A stretch of DNA of 63,929 bases, counting the filler, from Lama guanicoe (lineage: Eukaryota), in NCBI GenBank assembly GCA_013239625.1. It is 202 parts of 202 records of this genome, joined end to end, with 100 filler letters (N's around TTAATTAATTAA, not from the genome) between each part and the next. Parts side by side here need not be neighbours in the genome. Positions count along the whole stretch, not along the records: positions 47,863 to 48,079 come from PNXV01039033.1; positions 48,180 to 48,396 come from PNXV01039034.1; positions 48,497 to 48,713 come from PNXV01039035.1; positions 48,814 to 49,030 come from PNXV01039036.1; positions 49,131 to 49,347 come from PNXV01039037.1; positions 49,448 to 49,664 come from PNXV01039038.1; positions 49,765 to 49,981 come from PNXV01039039.1; positions 50,082 to 50,298 come from PNXV01039040.1; 194 more parts are not named here. One strand, written 5' to 3'. The translations under genes were made by a program, and so were the position numbers. Positions 47,937 through 61,393 of the stretch are shown piece by piece. Position 1 is the first letter of the stretch. Every line of letters begins with the position of its first letter. The notes below the pieces were generated by a model, which saw only the letters and a list, made by a program, of their open reading frames with translations, was not told the origin of the DNA and ran no database searches.

Positions 47937-50081
47937 GTTTGCTTATATATGGTGATTTTTGTTTATTGTCTTTTTCCCCCCCTAAAATCTCAGCTCCAGA
48001 AAGTAGGAATGTTTATTTTGTTTATTGATATATTCCTAGCATTTAGAGTAGTGCTCCGTGCTTAGTGGGCATTTAGAAANNNNNNNNNNNNNNNNNNNNN
48101 NNNNNNNNNNNNNNNNNNNNNNNTTAATTAATTAANNNNNNNNNNNNNNNNNNNNNNNNNNNNNNNNNNNNNNNNNNNNAAAGGCTTGGCCCGGCCCAGC
48201 CGGACCGCGCTGCGTCTGCTCCCTGAACGTGCCCCAGTCAGGCCCCCTTCCTCCCTTCGCTGCCACAGCTCCCTCTGCCCGGAAACCCCTCCCCTCCTCC
48301 TGCCTGCTGGGCCACTTACACTGACTTTTCTGCTGGGTCTTCCTTCTTGAGGCTTAAGGTGATCAGCCATTTCCTGGGACATGAGATTTTCACTGCNNNN
48401 NNNNNNNNNNNNNNNNNNNNNNNNNNNNNNNNNNNNNNNNTTAATTAATTAANNNNNNNNNNNNNNNNNNNNNNNNNNNNNNNNNNNNNNNNNNNNATAG
48501 TGTTTGAGTGAATAAGCAAATCCCAAACCAGGTGACCCTCCACCCCCCTCCAGAGGTTCCTCAGCCACATGCCTTTCCTTTTGCTTCTCTGACTTGTGTG
48601 AGTCTCAGCGAGATAGGAGACCAAGGAGCACACGAATGGATTTGCCTGTTTTATGAAGCTTTGGGCTCTTTAAGGATAATTTCTATTTTCTTGTGTACTT
48701 TGTAATATTTTCANNNNNNNNNNNNNNNNNNNNNNNNNNNNNNNNNNNNNNNNNNNNTTAATTAATTAANNNNNNNNNNNNNNNNNNNNNNNNNNNNNNN
48801 NNNNNNNNNNNNNAGAGATGATCCCAGGGGGCAGGCAGGAGGGGAGAAGGACAGTGAGGGTGGGAAGGAGAAGCCAAGGGGAGGGTTTGTGCATTTTCAG
48901 GGTCACTGCTCTAGGCAATGGGGTCTTAGTTCCTCTGGGACGGGGGGCCCTGCACATCTCCAAAGGACAGGAGGTAGGGCACCAGCTCCCGTGCCCCCCA
49001 CCCAGGTTGAGTGGGCTCTGGAGACATTAGNNNNNNNNNNNNNNNNNNNNNNNNNNNNNNNNNNNNNNNNNNNNTTAATTAATTAANNNNNNNNNNNNNN
49101 NNNNNNNNNNNNNNNNNNNNNNNNNNNNNNGTCACTGAGGGGAAGTTGTAATGTCAAAACTGTTGTTACAAGTGACCACGAATTGCATCAGAAAACAGTC
49201 AGAGCACCAAATAAGATGAGGTTTTGTAGTTACAATATGTGTTGGTTTTTGTTTTCAATTACTGATAAGCTACATTGAAATCTGCCACATGCATGGGGGT
49301 GTGATTATAAAGGCTTACTCTCACTTTTTTACACACACACACACACANNNNNNNNNNNNNNNNNNNNNNNNNNNNNNNNNNNNNNNNNNNNTTAATTAAT
49401 TAANNNNNNNNNNNNNNNNNNNNNNNNNNNNNNNNNNNNNNNNNNNNTCTCCTTACATCACCTGTGCCCAGCATCTCCTCTGCCAGGGAGCGTGGCATCT
49501 GTTCTCTTCCTGGAATGCTCTTCTGTCCTTGTTTCGGTCACTCCTGCCTACCTTTGGAGCTTGTCCATTACTTCGTGAAATTCTTTTTGTATGAGTTTGC
49601 AAATTTTATAATAAAGGTAGAATAGGGAAGTTCACTCACTACATCCATCACTCACTACAACCATNNNNNNNNNNNNNNNNNNNNNNNNNNNNNNNNNNNN
49701 NNNNNNNNTTAATTAATTAANNNNNNNNNNNNNNNNNNNNNNNNNNNNNNNNNNNNNNNNNNNNGAGTAGGATCTAAGAAATGCTTAATTGTGTCTGAAT
49801 CCCTGAAGTATACCAGCATTTCACATATTGAAAAGTTACATTTGCATATCTGTCCTTCTAGTTAAGTTGTAAATGTTCAGCATCTTAAATTATTTCACTT
49901 ATAATATAATGTAAACCAAAAAATTGACATCTTCCAGGAGCACAAAGTTACAGTAGTAACTGAACTCAAGGGTAAACTTTGNNNNNNNNNNNNNNNNNNN
50001 NNNNNNNNNNNNNNNNNNNNNNNNNTTAATTAATTAANNNNNNNNNNNNNNNNNNNNNNNNNNNNNNNNNNNNNNNNNNNN

Positions 50082-50298
50082 TTCATTTTTGGCATTGCTG
50101 GATTTAGTTTGCTAATAATATTTTGTAGAAATTTTGCATCTAAGGTTATCAAATTTATTGGCTTGAAGTTCCATTTCCCTTTAGTTTGTTTGTTGGCTTT
50201 GCTATCAGGGTGATGAGTTCTTCATAGAATTAATTTGGGAGTTTCCCAAATCTTCAATATTTTTGAATAGTTTTAAGAGTATAAGTTCTGCTTTGTAT
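50082..50298 (-). mobile_element. Old LINE-1 ORF2 fragment
   Basis: ttgctggatt.agtttgctaata.ttt...aattttgcatcta...ggcttt.gtatcaggtgatg...tcatagaat. Confidence 0.75.
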
Positions 50299-50715
50299 NN
50301 NNNNNNNNNNNNNNNNNNNNNNNNNNNNNNNNNNNNNNNNNNTTAATTAATTAANNNNNNNNNNNNNNNNNNNNNNNNNNNNNNNNNNNNNNNNNNNNCA
50401 AATATATACATTTAGGTTTGAATATAAAAGCACCTAGAGGCATTATAACTTGGAGAACCCTGCTGCAGGTATGCTAGTCTATTGTGAACCAGGTGTTTTC
50501 TATCAGTGATGAGAACCCTTAATCATCCGATCATTTTGGGTAAAGCAAATTAAAGCAACCAAATCAGCAACCCCCATGCTATAGAGCTCCCGGGGGCTTG
50601 ACTCAACTGAAAGACNNNNNNNNNNNNNNNNNNNNNNNNNNNNNNNNNNNNNNNNNNNNTTAATTAATTAANNNNNNNNNNNNNNNNNNNNNNNNNNNNN
50701 NNNNNNNNNNNNNNN

Positions 50716-50932
50716 CTCTGTGCCTGAATTTTCCTGCGGCAAATAAGTGACTCATGGGCATCGCAAAGAAGGGTCTTCCGCCGGGGAGGAGGTGCGGGGG
50801 GACCCCGGACAGACAGCAGAGAGACGCGATGCGCGGGCCGCGTGGAGGGAGGGCTGCGCCACGTGGCCTGCCGTCGTCCCGCATCTCCTGTTTAAAGGGG
50901 GCCCTTCGGGTGGACGCTCCGGGGAAGTCGAT
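50716..50932. promoter_or_regulatory. CpG-rich fragment
   Basis: High CpG density; contains an AP-1-like TGACTCA. Confidence 0.45.
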
Positions 50933-52998
50933 NNNNNNNNNNNNNNNNNNNNNNNNNNNNNNNNNNNNNNNNNNNNTTAATTAATTAANNNNNNNNNNNN
51001 NNNNNNNNNNNNNNNNNNNNNNNNNNNNNNNNAGTGCCCCGTGGATGGAAGCGCTTCGGTGTTCTGATGAGCTGTCCTCGACGACTTTAGTAAACTTCAT
51101 CTTGTCTTGAAACCCTTGCTGAAACAATAACTCTCATCCATCAAGTAAGTGAAACAGGAACAGTCAAAGGTGAAGTCTGGACATACTGGTAGAGTGAGAT
51201 GTCTTCCTCAAGGGTCTTTCAAATCCTGATTTTGGCAGGCGTGACTTTTNNNNNNNNNNNNNNNNNNNNNNNNNNNNNNNNNNNNNNNNNNNNTTAATTA
51301 ATTAANNNNNNNNNNNNNNNNNNNNNNNNNNNNNNNNNNNNNNNNNNNNAGGGCCGGGCTAAGGCTGCACCCTCCCTCCCCGCACCAGCATCAAGCAGGC
51401 AAGGTTGCTTATTTGCTTCAGACTTATCTTAATTCTTACTATAAAGTTCCTTCTTTGTCCGTAGACTCTTTCTATGCCCTGATCTGGAGTGGAGAACCTT
51501 GCTCTCGGGGATCTGATATCGTGTCTTAGTAATGTGTCAGGAGACACGACTTGTTTTTGGCCTGATNNNNNNNNNNNNNNNNNNNNNNNNNNNNNNNNNN
51601 NNNNNNNNNNTTAATTAATTAANNNNNNNNNNNNNNNNNNNNNNNNNNNNNNNNNNNNNNNNNNNNCGCACATGCATATGAATCCTTATTTGTCCCTTTA
51701 AAATGTATTAGAGCTGCTGGAATCTCTGTGAGCAGATCTGCATTCATCAGTGTCGTGCCTGTTATTAGATGAGAAAGCAAAGAACTGGAGATTATTTGAG
51801 ACACATCCACATTCCTGAAGGCACAGGGTCTCTTTGCAGGTTTAACATTCCCACTAGTACATGCCATACACTTTGTTCAAATANNNNNNNNNNNNNNNNN
51901 NNNNNNNNNNNNNNNNNNNNNNNNNNNTTAATTAATTAANNNNNNNNNNNNNNNNNNNNNNNNNNNNNNNNNNNNNNNNNNNNCCGCTGGTACTCTGGCT
52001 CTGCCCCTATTTCTCTGTAGAATATTTTCAATCAAAAGCTTGTCAATTACTTTCTTAGAGAAATCCTCTAAGACCTGCAATTGCTGCCCACACGCTTAAC
52101 TGTTTTGTTTCTGCCTTCCATGAAATAACGCTTTTCTGCCTCCGCATCCACGCTGGCCCCTTCCTGGTTTCCCAGCAGAGTGTGACTCATGCAAGTCTGT
52201 NNNNNNNNNNNNNNNNNNNNNNNNNNNNNNNNNNNNNNNNNNNNTTAATTAATTAANNNNNNNNNNNNNNNNNNNNNNNNNNNNNNNNNNNNNNNNNNNN
52301 GAAAGCTTTGTCTTCCCTCAGCCACAGTACTGGAAATTAGATTTAATTTTCTAATGTCAGAAGTGTACATGATGTCATTTATATTGATCTCAAAGAAATA
52401 AAATGGTTTATAATTAATAGTGTTCACTGATGTCTATCTACAAAATAAACAATGTTAGGATAATGGACTAATTCCGAAAAAATCCATAAAATCTACCCAA
52501 ACCACCTTTAGAAAAAANNNNNNNNNNNNNNNNNNNNNNNNNNNNNNNNNNNNNNNNNNNNTTAATTAATTAANNNNNNNNNNNNNNNNNNNNNNNNNNN
52601 NNNNNNNNNNNNNNNNNAGCAGTGACCTGTCCTTTCACAGAAGAGGGACCAAAAGAGCCCTTAAACATACACAAACACCTTTAGCTATCAGAAAAACTGC
52701 ACATTTAATCTAGACTCAGGTATGATTCCACATATACTGTTTTGGCAAAAATTAAAAGTGGGTCCCAGACTGGCAAAAATTAAACCTGACTGCACCAAAA
52801 GTGGGTGAAAGTGAGGAGACGTCAAAATTATCATNNNNNNNNNNNNNNNNNNNNNNNNNNNNNNNNNNNNNNNNNNNNTTAATTAATTAANNNNNNNNNN
52901 NNNNNNNNNNNNNNNNNNNNNNNNNNNNNNNNNNGACAGGGGCACGCACATGTCTAAAGCAAGGTCCTGGAGCGACCCCACACCGGGTGTGGCAGACA

Positions 52999-53151
52999 TG
53001 TTGCCAGTGACTGGGTTCTTGTCCCATCCCAGGAAGAATTCAGAGACAAGACTCGGAGGTCAGGAAAGTAAACTGAGGATTTATTCAGGGATGGAGGGTA
53101 CACTCCCAAGGGGTGGGCGGGCAGGCTCAGGTGAGCAGCTGCCCTGAGTTT
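52999..53151 (-). mobile_element. Probable ERV LTR 3' end (antisense)
   Basis: Plus-strand TGTT start is a CA terminus on the minus strand; tttatt is AATAAA on the minus strand. Confidence 0.55.
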
Positions 53152-54640
53152 NNNNNNNNNNNNNNNNNNNNNNNNNNNNNNNNNNNNNNNNNNNNTTAAT
53201 TAATTAANNNNNNNNNNNNNNNNNNNNNNNNNNNNNNNNNNNNNNNNNNNNAGAACAGAGCTACCACACGGACCACCTGGGCAGCGGAGCGCAAGCGGAC
53301 AGTCAGCGCTGGCTCCTGCAGTTACTGCCGCCCCTGCTGTCGGACCTGCAAGGTCTGCGGCCCCCGGCTCGAGACTGAAGCCAAGAGAAGCTTCACTGTT
53401 GAAAAAAAAATAATCAGATTCGATTGTCTGTTCCCTTAACACCCACTCCCGCCAACAAAGGCTCCCTTNNNNNNNNNNNNNNNNNNNNNNNNNNNNNNNN
53501 NNNNNNNNNNNNTTAATTAATTAANNNNNNNNNNNNNNNNNNNNNNNNNNNNNNNNNNNNNNNNNNNNATTTTATTATGATTAGTTTGGTTAAAACTCGA
53601 CAATAAAATGCCCAAATCCACTTCCTCAGGTACATGTTAATATGCTGACAGGGAATGGGTGTGCCAGGAAGCGGCTGTTGTCTCCCGTCCATCACAAAAC
53701 TTGTCCTTGGGGGTCTTCTCTGGACATTATGTGGCGTGTGACCCTCTGACCTAAGAACCAAAGATGGATGAGTGTTTCAATCTGTNNNNNNNNNNNNNNN
53801 NNNNNNNNNNNNNNNNNNNNNNNNNNNNNTTAATTAATTAANNNNNNNNNNNNNNNNNNNNNNNNNNNNNNNNNNNNNNNNNNNNTTATATCCAGAGCTC
53901 ATGAAATTGCGGTGTCAAACAGCAGGATGCATAGCACTTTGCAGAAAGCTGGAGATTTTTTTTTTTTTTTTATGAAGAAAGGAGTCTCAGAGATTCCAAC
54001 TCACTCAGCTAGGAGAAGCTCTAGAATGTAAATTTATCACAAGATCCCAGGGCTTGTCTGATGCTCAAAAGATCAGAAAGACATTGTTTTTGAGGAAGCA
54101 TANNNNNNNNNNNNNNNNNNNNNNNNNNNNNNNNNNNNNNNNNNNNTTAATTAATTAANNNNNNNNNNNNNNNNNNNNNNNNNNNNNNNNNNNNNNNNNN
54201 NNAGGACGGTAAAGTAGCCTGCATCCTCCTGGAAGGGAGAGACTTGCCAATTACGGTGTCCACCTTTGCTTTATCCTTCTGCCCAGGGTAACGACGAATA
54301 CTGTCTCCTCCAGGGCGCACACATTTGCGGAAGTCCACAACATCTCTCATTGTTGGGTCTGTACTGAACTTCCCATAGAAGCAGGAGATGGACTGCCATG
54401 GCAACTATACCCCGCGTCCNNNNNNNNNNNNNNNNNNNNNNNNNNNNNNNNNNNNNNNNNNNNTTAATTAATTAANNNNNNNNNNNNNNNNNNNNNNNNN
54501 NNNNNNNNNNNNNNNNNNNCCCATGTGAGGACACACAGTGTCCCTCTCCCAGCCAAGACAGCTCTGCTGAAGATCTGCCAGAAGTCATTTGTATCTTTGG
54601 GAAATTTCAAATCCAGGTAGTTTATTTCCTAGAGAGAGAT

Positions 54641-54736
54641 TGTGACTAAAGGCAGGTTCGTGTGCCCGCTGCACCATGAGGCCAAACAAACTGTAACATA
54701 AGTTTGGAGCAGAGAAAGGTTTATTGCAGGACCAAG
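54641..54736 (-). mobile_element. Probable ERV LTR 3' end (antisense)
   Basis: caggttcgtgtgcccg.tgcac...gaggccaaacaa...gtttggagcagagaaaggtttattgcagg is a recalled laurasiatherian LTR motif. Confidence 0.65.
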
Positions 54737-56459
54737 NNNNNNNNNNNNNNNNNNNNNNNNNNNNNNNNNNNNNNNNNNNNTTAATTAATTAANNNNNNNN
54801 NNNNNNNNNNNNNNNNNNNNNNNNNNNNNNNNNNNNTTAGATGGTGCTCATGAATTTAAATTCAAATCAGTTGTCAAGATTGCATTATCCAAGGAAACCA
54901 TTTCACATAGAAAACTGTATGCACTTGCTATCTCACAGTGCCTACTAGAAAAAAGGACACTTAGTAGCTGCTTAAGGGATGTATTATAATAGGAATGTTC
55001 TTAATATTTTAATTGTATAACAAAGTGGCACTCACTTCTGTTCCTTTTCCCCCNNNNNNNNNNNNNNNNNNNNNNNNNNNNNNNNNNNNNNNNNNNNTTA
55101 ATTAATTAANNNNNNNNNNNNNNNNNNNNNNNNNNNNNNNNNNNNNNNNNNNNAGATGCTACCAACACCATAAGCTGCTGTCCAATGCCAGCCCAGCAGT
55201 AAGAGTACAGGATGCGCCTCTTTTCCTCCCTTTGGGCTAACACTGTGAATCCCAGTTCTGAACAGACCACACTGTAACCTATCAGTTCATTCAAATGGTT
55301 GTGAACATGGTTGATAGTTTGGTTACATGGAAGTGAACAGAAAACCCCATTATTTACTACAAAAATCTTCNNNNNNNNNNNNNNNNNNNNNNNNNNNNNN
55401 NNNNNNNNNNNNNNTTAATTAATTAANNNNNNNNNNNNNNNNNNNNNNNNNNNNNNNNNNNNNNNNNNNNCCTCTGGAGTTCCTCCAAGAAGGAGGGAAG
55501 ATTCACCAAGGCTAAGAGGGATGTAGCACCCTGTAAAATGCCCTGATTCTTATCACCTTTCCGTTCCATCCAGATTTTCGATAAAACCTCAGGACCCCAG
55601 TCCAAGAGGGCTTCTCAGTCTCTAAGGCATTAGCCTGCTGCGACTCCCCTTTTCCTGGCAAAGCAATAAAGCTGTTCTTTTCTGATTNNNNNNNNNNNNN
55701 NNNNNNNNNNNNNNNNNNNNNNNNNNNNNNNTTAATTAATTAANNNNNNNNNNNNNNNNNNNNNNNNNNNNNNNNNNNNNNNNNNNNGGTAGCTGGACAA
55801 TTTAACTGATCATAATACATTCATTTTAACTTCTCTGGGTTAATGAAAGAATGATGTAAATCAAGTTTAAGTAAAGAAATGAAGGCATAGCTTCTAAAAT
55901 AATGACTGGATTCTTTACTTCTGTTAAAAATCAGTTTTCAATGATCATAGATTATTTTTTCTAAGGAAATAATAAAGGTGCGTGATTTAATTTAATTCAA
56001 AATTNNNNNNNNNNNNNNNNNNNNNNNNNNNNNNNNNNNNNNNNNNNNTTAATTAATTAANNNNNNNNNNNNNNNNNNNNNNNNNNNNNNNNNNNNNNNN
56101 NNNNAACAGAGAAACACAATTACTGAGAAAAAGAAAATAAAATCTGGTTGTACATGCGCAGAGGCTACCAACCTAATTATTCCACCTCAGTGGTTCAGCC
56201 ATGTTGATAAAACTGGTCACGTCAGGACTGGAAAGGGGGACAGGTCAGAAATTTCTGTGGACTTTTCATTGCGATATTAGTTTGCCCAGATTTTTCCATG
56301 CTGTTTAATAAAGTACCAATTNNNNNNNNNNNNNNNNNNNNNNNNNNNNNNNNNNNNNNNNNNNNTTAATTAATTAANNNNNNNNNNNNNNNNNNNNNNN
56401 NNNNNNNNNNNNNNNNNNNNNGGGAGCACCAGGAGACCTGCGTCGTCCTCCCAGCTTTA

Positions 56460-56638
56460 GCCTGGTCCACGCTCACCGTGTGATCTTGGGCAAGCCACCT
56501 CTCTCTCCCCTGCAGACCTCCCTCTTCCTGTCTGTGAAGTGCTCCGCCATTGACATGGAACACCAGAGTGGTTAGGAACCTGAGCTTTTGGGTTCAGAGC
56601 TGGCTTTGGGTCTCCGCTCTGCAGCTTCCCAGCTGTGA
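56460..56638. mobile_element. MIR SINE fragments
   Basis: tgtgatcttgggcaag.cacct..ctctc core and agagtggttag.a.c.tg.gct.tgg..tcaga head. Confidence 0.6.
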
Positions 56639-57055
56639 NNNNNNNNNNNNNNNNNNNNNNNNNNNNNNNNNNNNNNNNNNNNTTAATTAATTAANNNNNN
56701 NNNNNNNNNNNNNNNNNNNNNNNNNNNNNNNNNNNNNNCTGACCAGCACTGGTCCTCTTAAGAGTTTCTTTGTTGGAGTAATCATTAGTGATAACCTTGC
56801 TTTTATTATGAATATGTTTGTTTTATTTAACCGATTTATTAGAGTAAAATTAACTGAAAATTTAGTGTCTGGAGGAAAGAGATTGCAAGTAGAAAAAGTT
56901 TAGCTAAAAAAAAAAATTCTGTGATAGTCTCAAATAAATTTTTTGAAAAAAGTGCNNNNNNNNNNNNNNNNNNNNNNNNNNNNNNNNNNNNNNNNNNNNT
57001 TAATTAATTAANNNNNNNNNNNNNNNNNNNNNNNNNNNNNNNNNNNNNNNNNNNN

Positions 57056-57272
57056 TCAGTCTATAGCAAAAACCTAATGAAATTAGTTCAGTTGCTTAAA
57101 ATACATTATAGGTCAGCAGTGATCTCTGAAACCACAGCAGCTGGGCTGCAGAATCCAGTACATGTGGTTACAAACGTGCAAAAATGATCCCACACGGCTC
57201 GAAGAACATTATCTCTGGTGCCTAAAGTTTTAGCATCAGGGCGAAACCAGCTATGACTAGCAAGAAAGGCCT
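57056..57272. repeat. Bubble/haplotype arm; partner at 57690-57906
   Basis: Identical except at offsets 50, 93, 141 and 168. Confidence 0.95.
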
Positions 57273-58640
57273 NNNNNNNNNNNNNNNNNNNNNNNNNNNN
57301 NNNNNNNNNNNNNNNNTTAATTAATTAANNNNNNNNNNNNNNNNNNNNNNNNNNNNNNNNNNNNNNNNNNNNAGAATACACATATCTTGCCTGTGTAGCT
57401 CTATGTGAAATTATTTTGACCATTGACGAATGGTGTAAGATCAGAAATCATGTAGTCTTTCTTACGTTGCAAAGACGACATTTCTTCTTGATGAGTCAGC
57501 AGACTGTTTCTGATGGCCCGGGGTCTGTGCGAGACATTAACTGTCTAGACAAATATCACACAGCCCCCCGTCCCTCAAGGAGATCACAGNNNNNNNNNNN
57601 NNNNNNNNNNNNNNNNNNNNNNNNNNNNNNNNNTTAATTAATTAANNNNNNNNNNNNNNNNNNNNNNNNNNNNNNNNNNNNNNNNNNNNTCAGTCTATAG
57701 CAAAAACCTAATGAAATTAGTTCAGTTGCTTAAAATACGTTATAGGTCAGCAGTGATCTCTGAAACCACAGCAGCTGGGCTACAGAATCCAGTACATGTG
57801 GTTACAAACGTGCAAAAATGATCCCACACAGCTCGAAGAACATTATCTCTGGTGCCAAAAGTTTTAGCATCAGGGCGAAACCAGCTATGACTAGCAAGAA
57901 AGGCCTNNNNNNNNNNNNNNNNNNNNNNNNNNNNNNNNNNNNNNNNNNNNTTAATTAATTAANNNNNNNNNNNNNNNNNNNNNNNNNNNNNNNNNNNNNN
58001 NNNNNNGATCAGGCATATACCCAACTCCTACAGAACCGGAGTCTGGAGGGAAACATGCCAAGGAAGTGTCATGAGAGAGGACATACAGGATGTGCTGGTT
58101 CTTCAGAAGGTGGGGGTGGTAGTCAAATGGGAAGGCCAAAGAGCACTTTCTGGAAGAGACGCTTTTTGAATTAGTGTGAATCAAGGGTGGAAAGGTTATT
58201 AGGAAGAGAGAAAGCATGAATAANNNNNNNNNNNNNNNNNNNNNNNNNNNNNNNNNNNNNNNNNNNNTTAATTAATTAANNNNNNNNNNNNNNNNNNNNN
58301 NNNNNNNNNNNNNNNNNNNNNNNCCCCCGCTGTAAATGCTGGGTGTGCCTGCTGTTAGATAGTCTGTTATCCCCAAAACAAGGAAGTGGCTGGCCAGGTG
58401 GTCTGCTTTGTAATTAATGTAGCTAAAGAATGTATCTTGTTCCTCTCTCCCCATGACTTCCCTACAGATAAACAAAGCCTTTGCACTCACTGTGACTTCT
58501 ACAGTCTCCATCCCATCCTGTCTTTCCCTAAATTCCTGCANNNNNNNNNNNNNNNNNNNNNNNNNNNNNNNNNNNNNNNNNNNNTTAATTAATTAANNNN
58601 NNNNNNNNNNNNNNNNNNNNNNNNNNNNNNNNNNNNNNNN

Positions 58641-58769
58641 AGAACAAGCTTGGCCGGAGCCTCACTCTCGTGGTCCGTGGTCAGCACAGTACACAGGTGA
58701 AAATGGTCGAACGGAATCCCACCATCCCTCACTGAACATACGTGCTTCTCCAAATCATTGTACCTCTCC
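58641..58769 (-). CDS. Candidate unidentified coding exon (ERYNDLEKHVCSVRDGGIPFDHFHLCTVLTTDHESEAPAKLV)
   Basis: Acceptor-like ctccttcccagtgctctacag followed by a single open frame; no gene recognised. Confidence 0.3.
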
Positions 58770-60542
58770 CTGTAGAGCACTGGGAAGGAGAGCAAGGGTT
58801 CCAGTGGATGGATGTATAGGGGCTGGGAGAACGTCAAAGGAAAAGGTAAAACTCCTANNNNNNNNNNNNNNNNNNNNNNNNNNNNNNNNNNNNNNNNNNN
58901 NTTAATTAATTAANNNNNNNNNNNNNNNNNNNNNNNNNNNNNNNNNNNNNNNNNNNNCCAGGCCCTGTCACTAAATCTCCCCGTAGTCAGAGGGAGACTT
59001 TTAGAACGTGAATTGGATTAAGTCACTTCCCAACTTAAACCCTTCCACAACTGCTCACTTCTCTTAGGAGAAAGTACATATTCTTAAAATATCCATCAAG
59101 GCCCTGCATGTTCTGGCCCCTCCTCACCTCTCTTACCCTATCATGAGCCACACTTTCCCTTTCTCTCTGGCACTNNNNNNNNNNNNNNNNNNNNNNNNNN
59201 NNNNNNNNNNNNNNNNNNTTAATTAATTAANNNNNNNNNNNNNNNNNNNNNNNNNNNNNNNNNNNNNNNNNNNNATTCTCCAAACAAGAAATGTTTATTG
59301 AGCACCCACTGCCAGTGTGCCAGAAACTGCTGGACTCCTGGCCCAGTGCTCTTCTGATGCCAGCAGCCCCTATGCTGTCTCTCCAGTTCAGGCTGAGACC
59401 CCAGCTACGAAGAGCTGGACTCTTCTCCTTCAGGAGACTGGGCTGGGGGGCATGGGGAGGAGGGCAGGCTGTCAGCAGCTGCAGCACCATCNNNNNNNNN
59501 NNNNNNNNNNNNNNNNNNNNNNNNNNNNNNNNNNNTTAATTAATTAANNNNNNNNNNNNNNNNNNNNNNNNNNNNNNNNNNNNNNNNNNNNAGTGTATTG
59601 AAATTTTAAAATTAAGAGTTTAATTAAAAAATATTTTAGACTGCCTGGTAGTTATCCAGGGTAAAGGGGGAGACATTTGTAAGGTAAACAGTAGTCAGTT
59701 TCAGGAGGAGAAGAGGTGGGGGAGCGCTGAGAGGGGGCTGACCCCGAGCTCCTGTCCTGGCGTGGTTAGAACACGGAGGAGACACTCACCCTGAAGATAA
59801 AGGAAGAGNNNNNNNNNNNNNNNNNNNNNNNNNNNNNNNNNNNNNNNNNNNNTTAATTAATTAANNNNNNNNNNNNNNNNNNNNNNNNNNNNNNNNNNNN
59901 NNNNNNNNGGTGGGGTCTTGTTGAAGAAGATAAGGAAAGGTTCTTACGTAGGCTAGGACCATTTAATGGCATAAAATAGGCCATATCTTACTTTCAAAAA
60001 TGATGCTGCTGCTGCTGATAATAGTAAATCTAGTAAGGAGAATAAATATAACATTCAATGAGCACATAGAATATCTTAAGTACTTTATAAAAATTATTTT
60101 CTCTAGTTCTCCTAACATTCCTCTGNNNNNNNNNNNNNNNNNNNNNNNNNNNNNNNNNNNNNNNNNNNNTTAATTAATTAANNNNNNNNNNNNNNNNNNN
60201 NNNNNNNNNNNNNNNNNNNNNNNNNCCAACACCCGCAGTCTGTTGCTGATGAACTCTGAACTAGGTAAGTTATTTGGTCAGCCAGTGTTCAGTGCATTTC
60301 TCTGGACCTCTGGTTTCTGGTGTGGACGCAGCACGTTTGCACCCTGCAGAGCTGGGTGCGCTCTGTGGGGCACTCAGAGCAGAGACACATCCTGGCAGCG
60401 GTGGGTCCTGAACGCCCCTCTGCGGGAACAGGAAAAGCTTAGNNNNNNNNNNNNNNNNNNNNNNNNNNNNNNNNNNNNNNNNNNNNTTAATTAATTAANN
60501 NNNNNNNNNNNNNNNNNNNNNNNNNNNNNNNNNNNNNNNNNN

Positions 60543-60759
60543 ATTTTATATTCTTACCTCCTTTGTTTAAGATCAACTGACCATAGGTCTAGAGCTTAAT
60601 TTCTGGGCTATTCTGTTCCATTGTTCCACATGTCTGCTTTCATGCCAATGCCATGTTGTTTTGATGACTGTATCTCTGTGGTGTTGTCTGAAGTCTGGGA
60701 GGGCTATTCCTCCCGCTACATTCTTTCTCCTCAGTATTGTTTGGCAATTGTGTGGCAGA
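60543..60759 (-). mobile_element. LINE-1 ORF2 fragment
   Basis: ttaatttctgggct..attctgttccattg...tgttttgatgactgta.ct.tgt.gt.ttgtctgaagtctgggagg. Confidence 0.88.
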
Positions 60760-61176
60760 NNNNNNNNNNNNNNNNNNNNNNNNNNNNNNNNNNNNNNNNN
60801 NNNTTAATTAATTAANNNNNNNNNNNNNNNNNNNNNNNNNNNNNNNNNNNNNNNNNNNNATACCTCTGATCTGTTCAGGGTGCATCCAATTGTCTGACCT
60901 CCCAATACGCGCTCCCGCCATCTTGTTCAGGGCAGCCCCACCCTCCCAGCACCCAGGTCCCAAATATCGATGTCATGCCTCCTTGAAATGTGCTGATGAC
61001 CCACATCCAATCCAAGACCCACGTCCAGGCTGTCTTGGATCTGTAACCAGACAGAATAGGTGGCACTGATGGCACTNNNNNNNNNNNNNNNNNNNNNNNN
61101 NNNNNNNNNNNNNNNNNNNNTTAATTAATTAANNNNNNNNNNNNNNNNNNNNNNNNNNNNNNNNNNNNNNNNNNNN

Positions 61177-61393
61177 TGATGAGTAGTTTTCTCTTGCTGT
61201 TTTCAAAATTCCCTCTTTGTCTTTGAGTTTTGAATATTTAATTATAACGTGTCTTGGTTTAGACTTCTTTAGGTTCTACCTATTTGAATATGGATGTCCA
61301 TTTACCTCCAGATTTCCCCAGACCTGGGAAATGTTCAGCCTTTATTCCGTTATATAAGATTTCTGCTTTTCTCCATATTCTCTTCCTGGAACT
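61177..61393 (-). mobile_element. Old LINE-1 ORF1 fragment
   Basis: ttttctcttgctg.tttcaa.att..ctctttgtcttt...gggaa.t.ttcagcc.ttatt. Confidence 0.7.

Noticed and set aside
50505..50530. GTGATGAGAACC resembling the start of a C/D snoRNA
   Set aside because: Similarity stops after about 12 nt, with no terminal stem or suitably placed D box.
51062..51126. Possible hammerhead ribozyme (CTGATGA with downstream GAAAC)
   Set aside because: No stem II closes onto either GAAA, and no stem I or III pairing is evident.
54203..54419. Minus-strand ORF FYGKFSTDPTMRDVVDFRKCVRPGG...
   Set aside because: No clear splice signals or recognisable domain; indistinguishable from a chance frame without a search.
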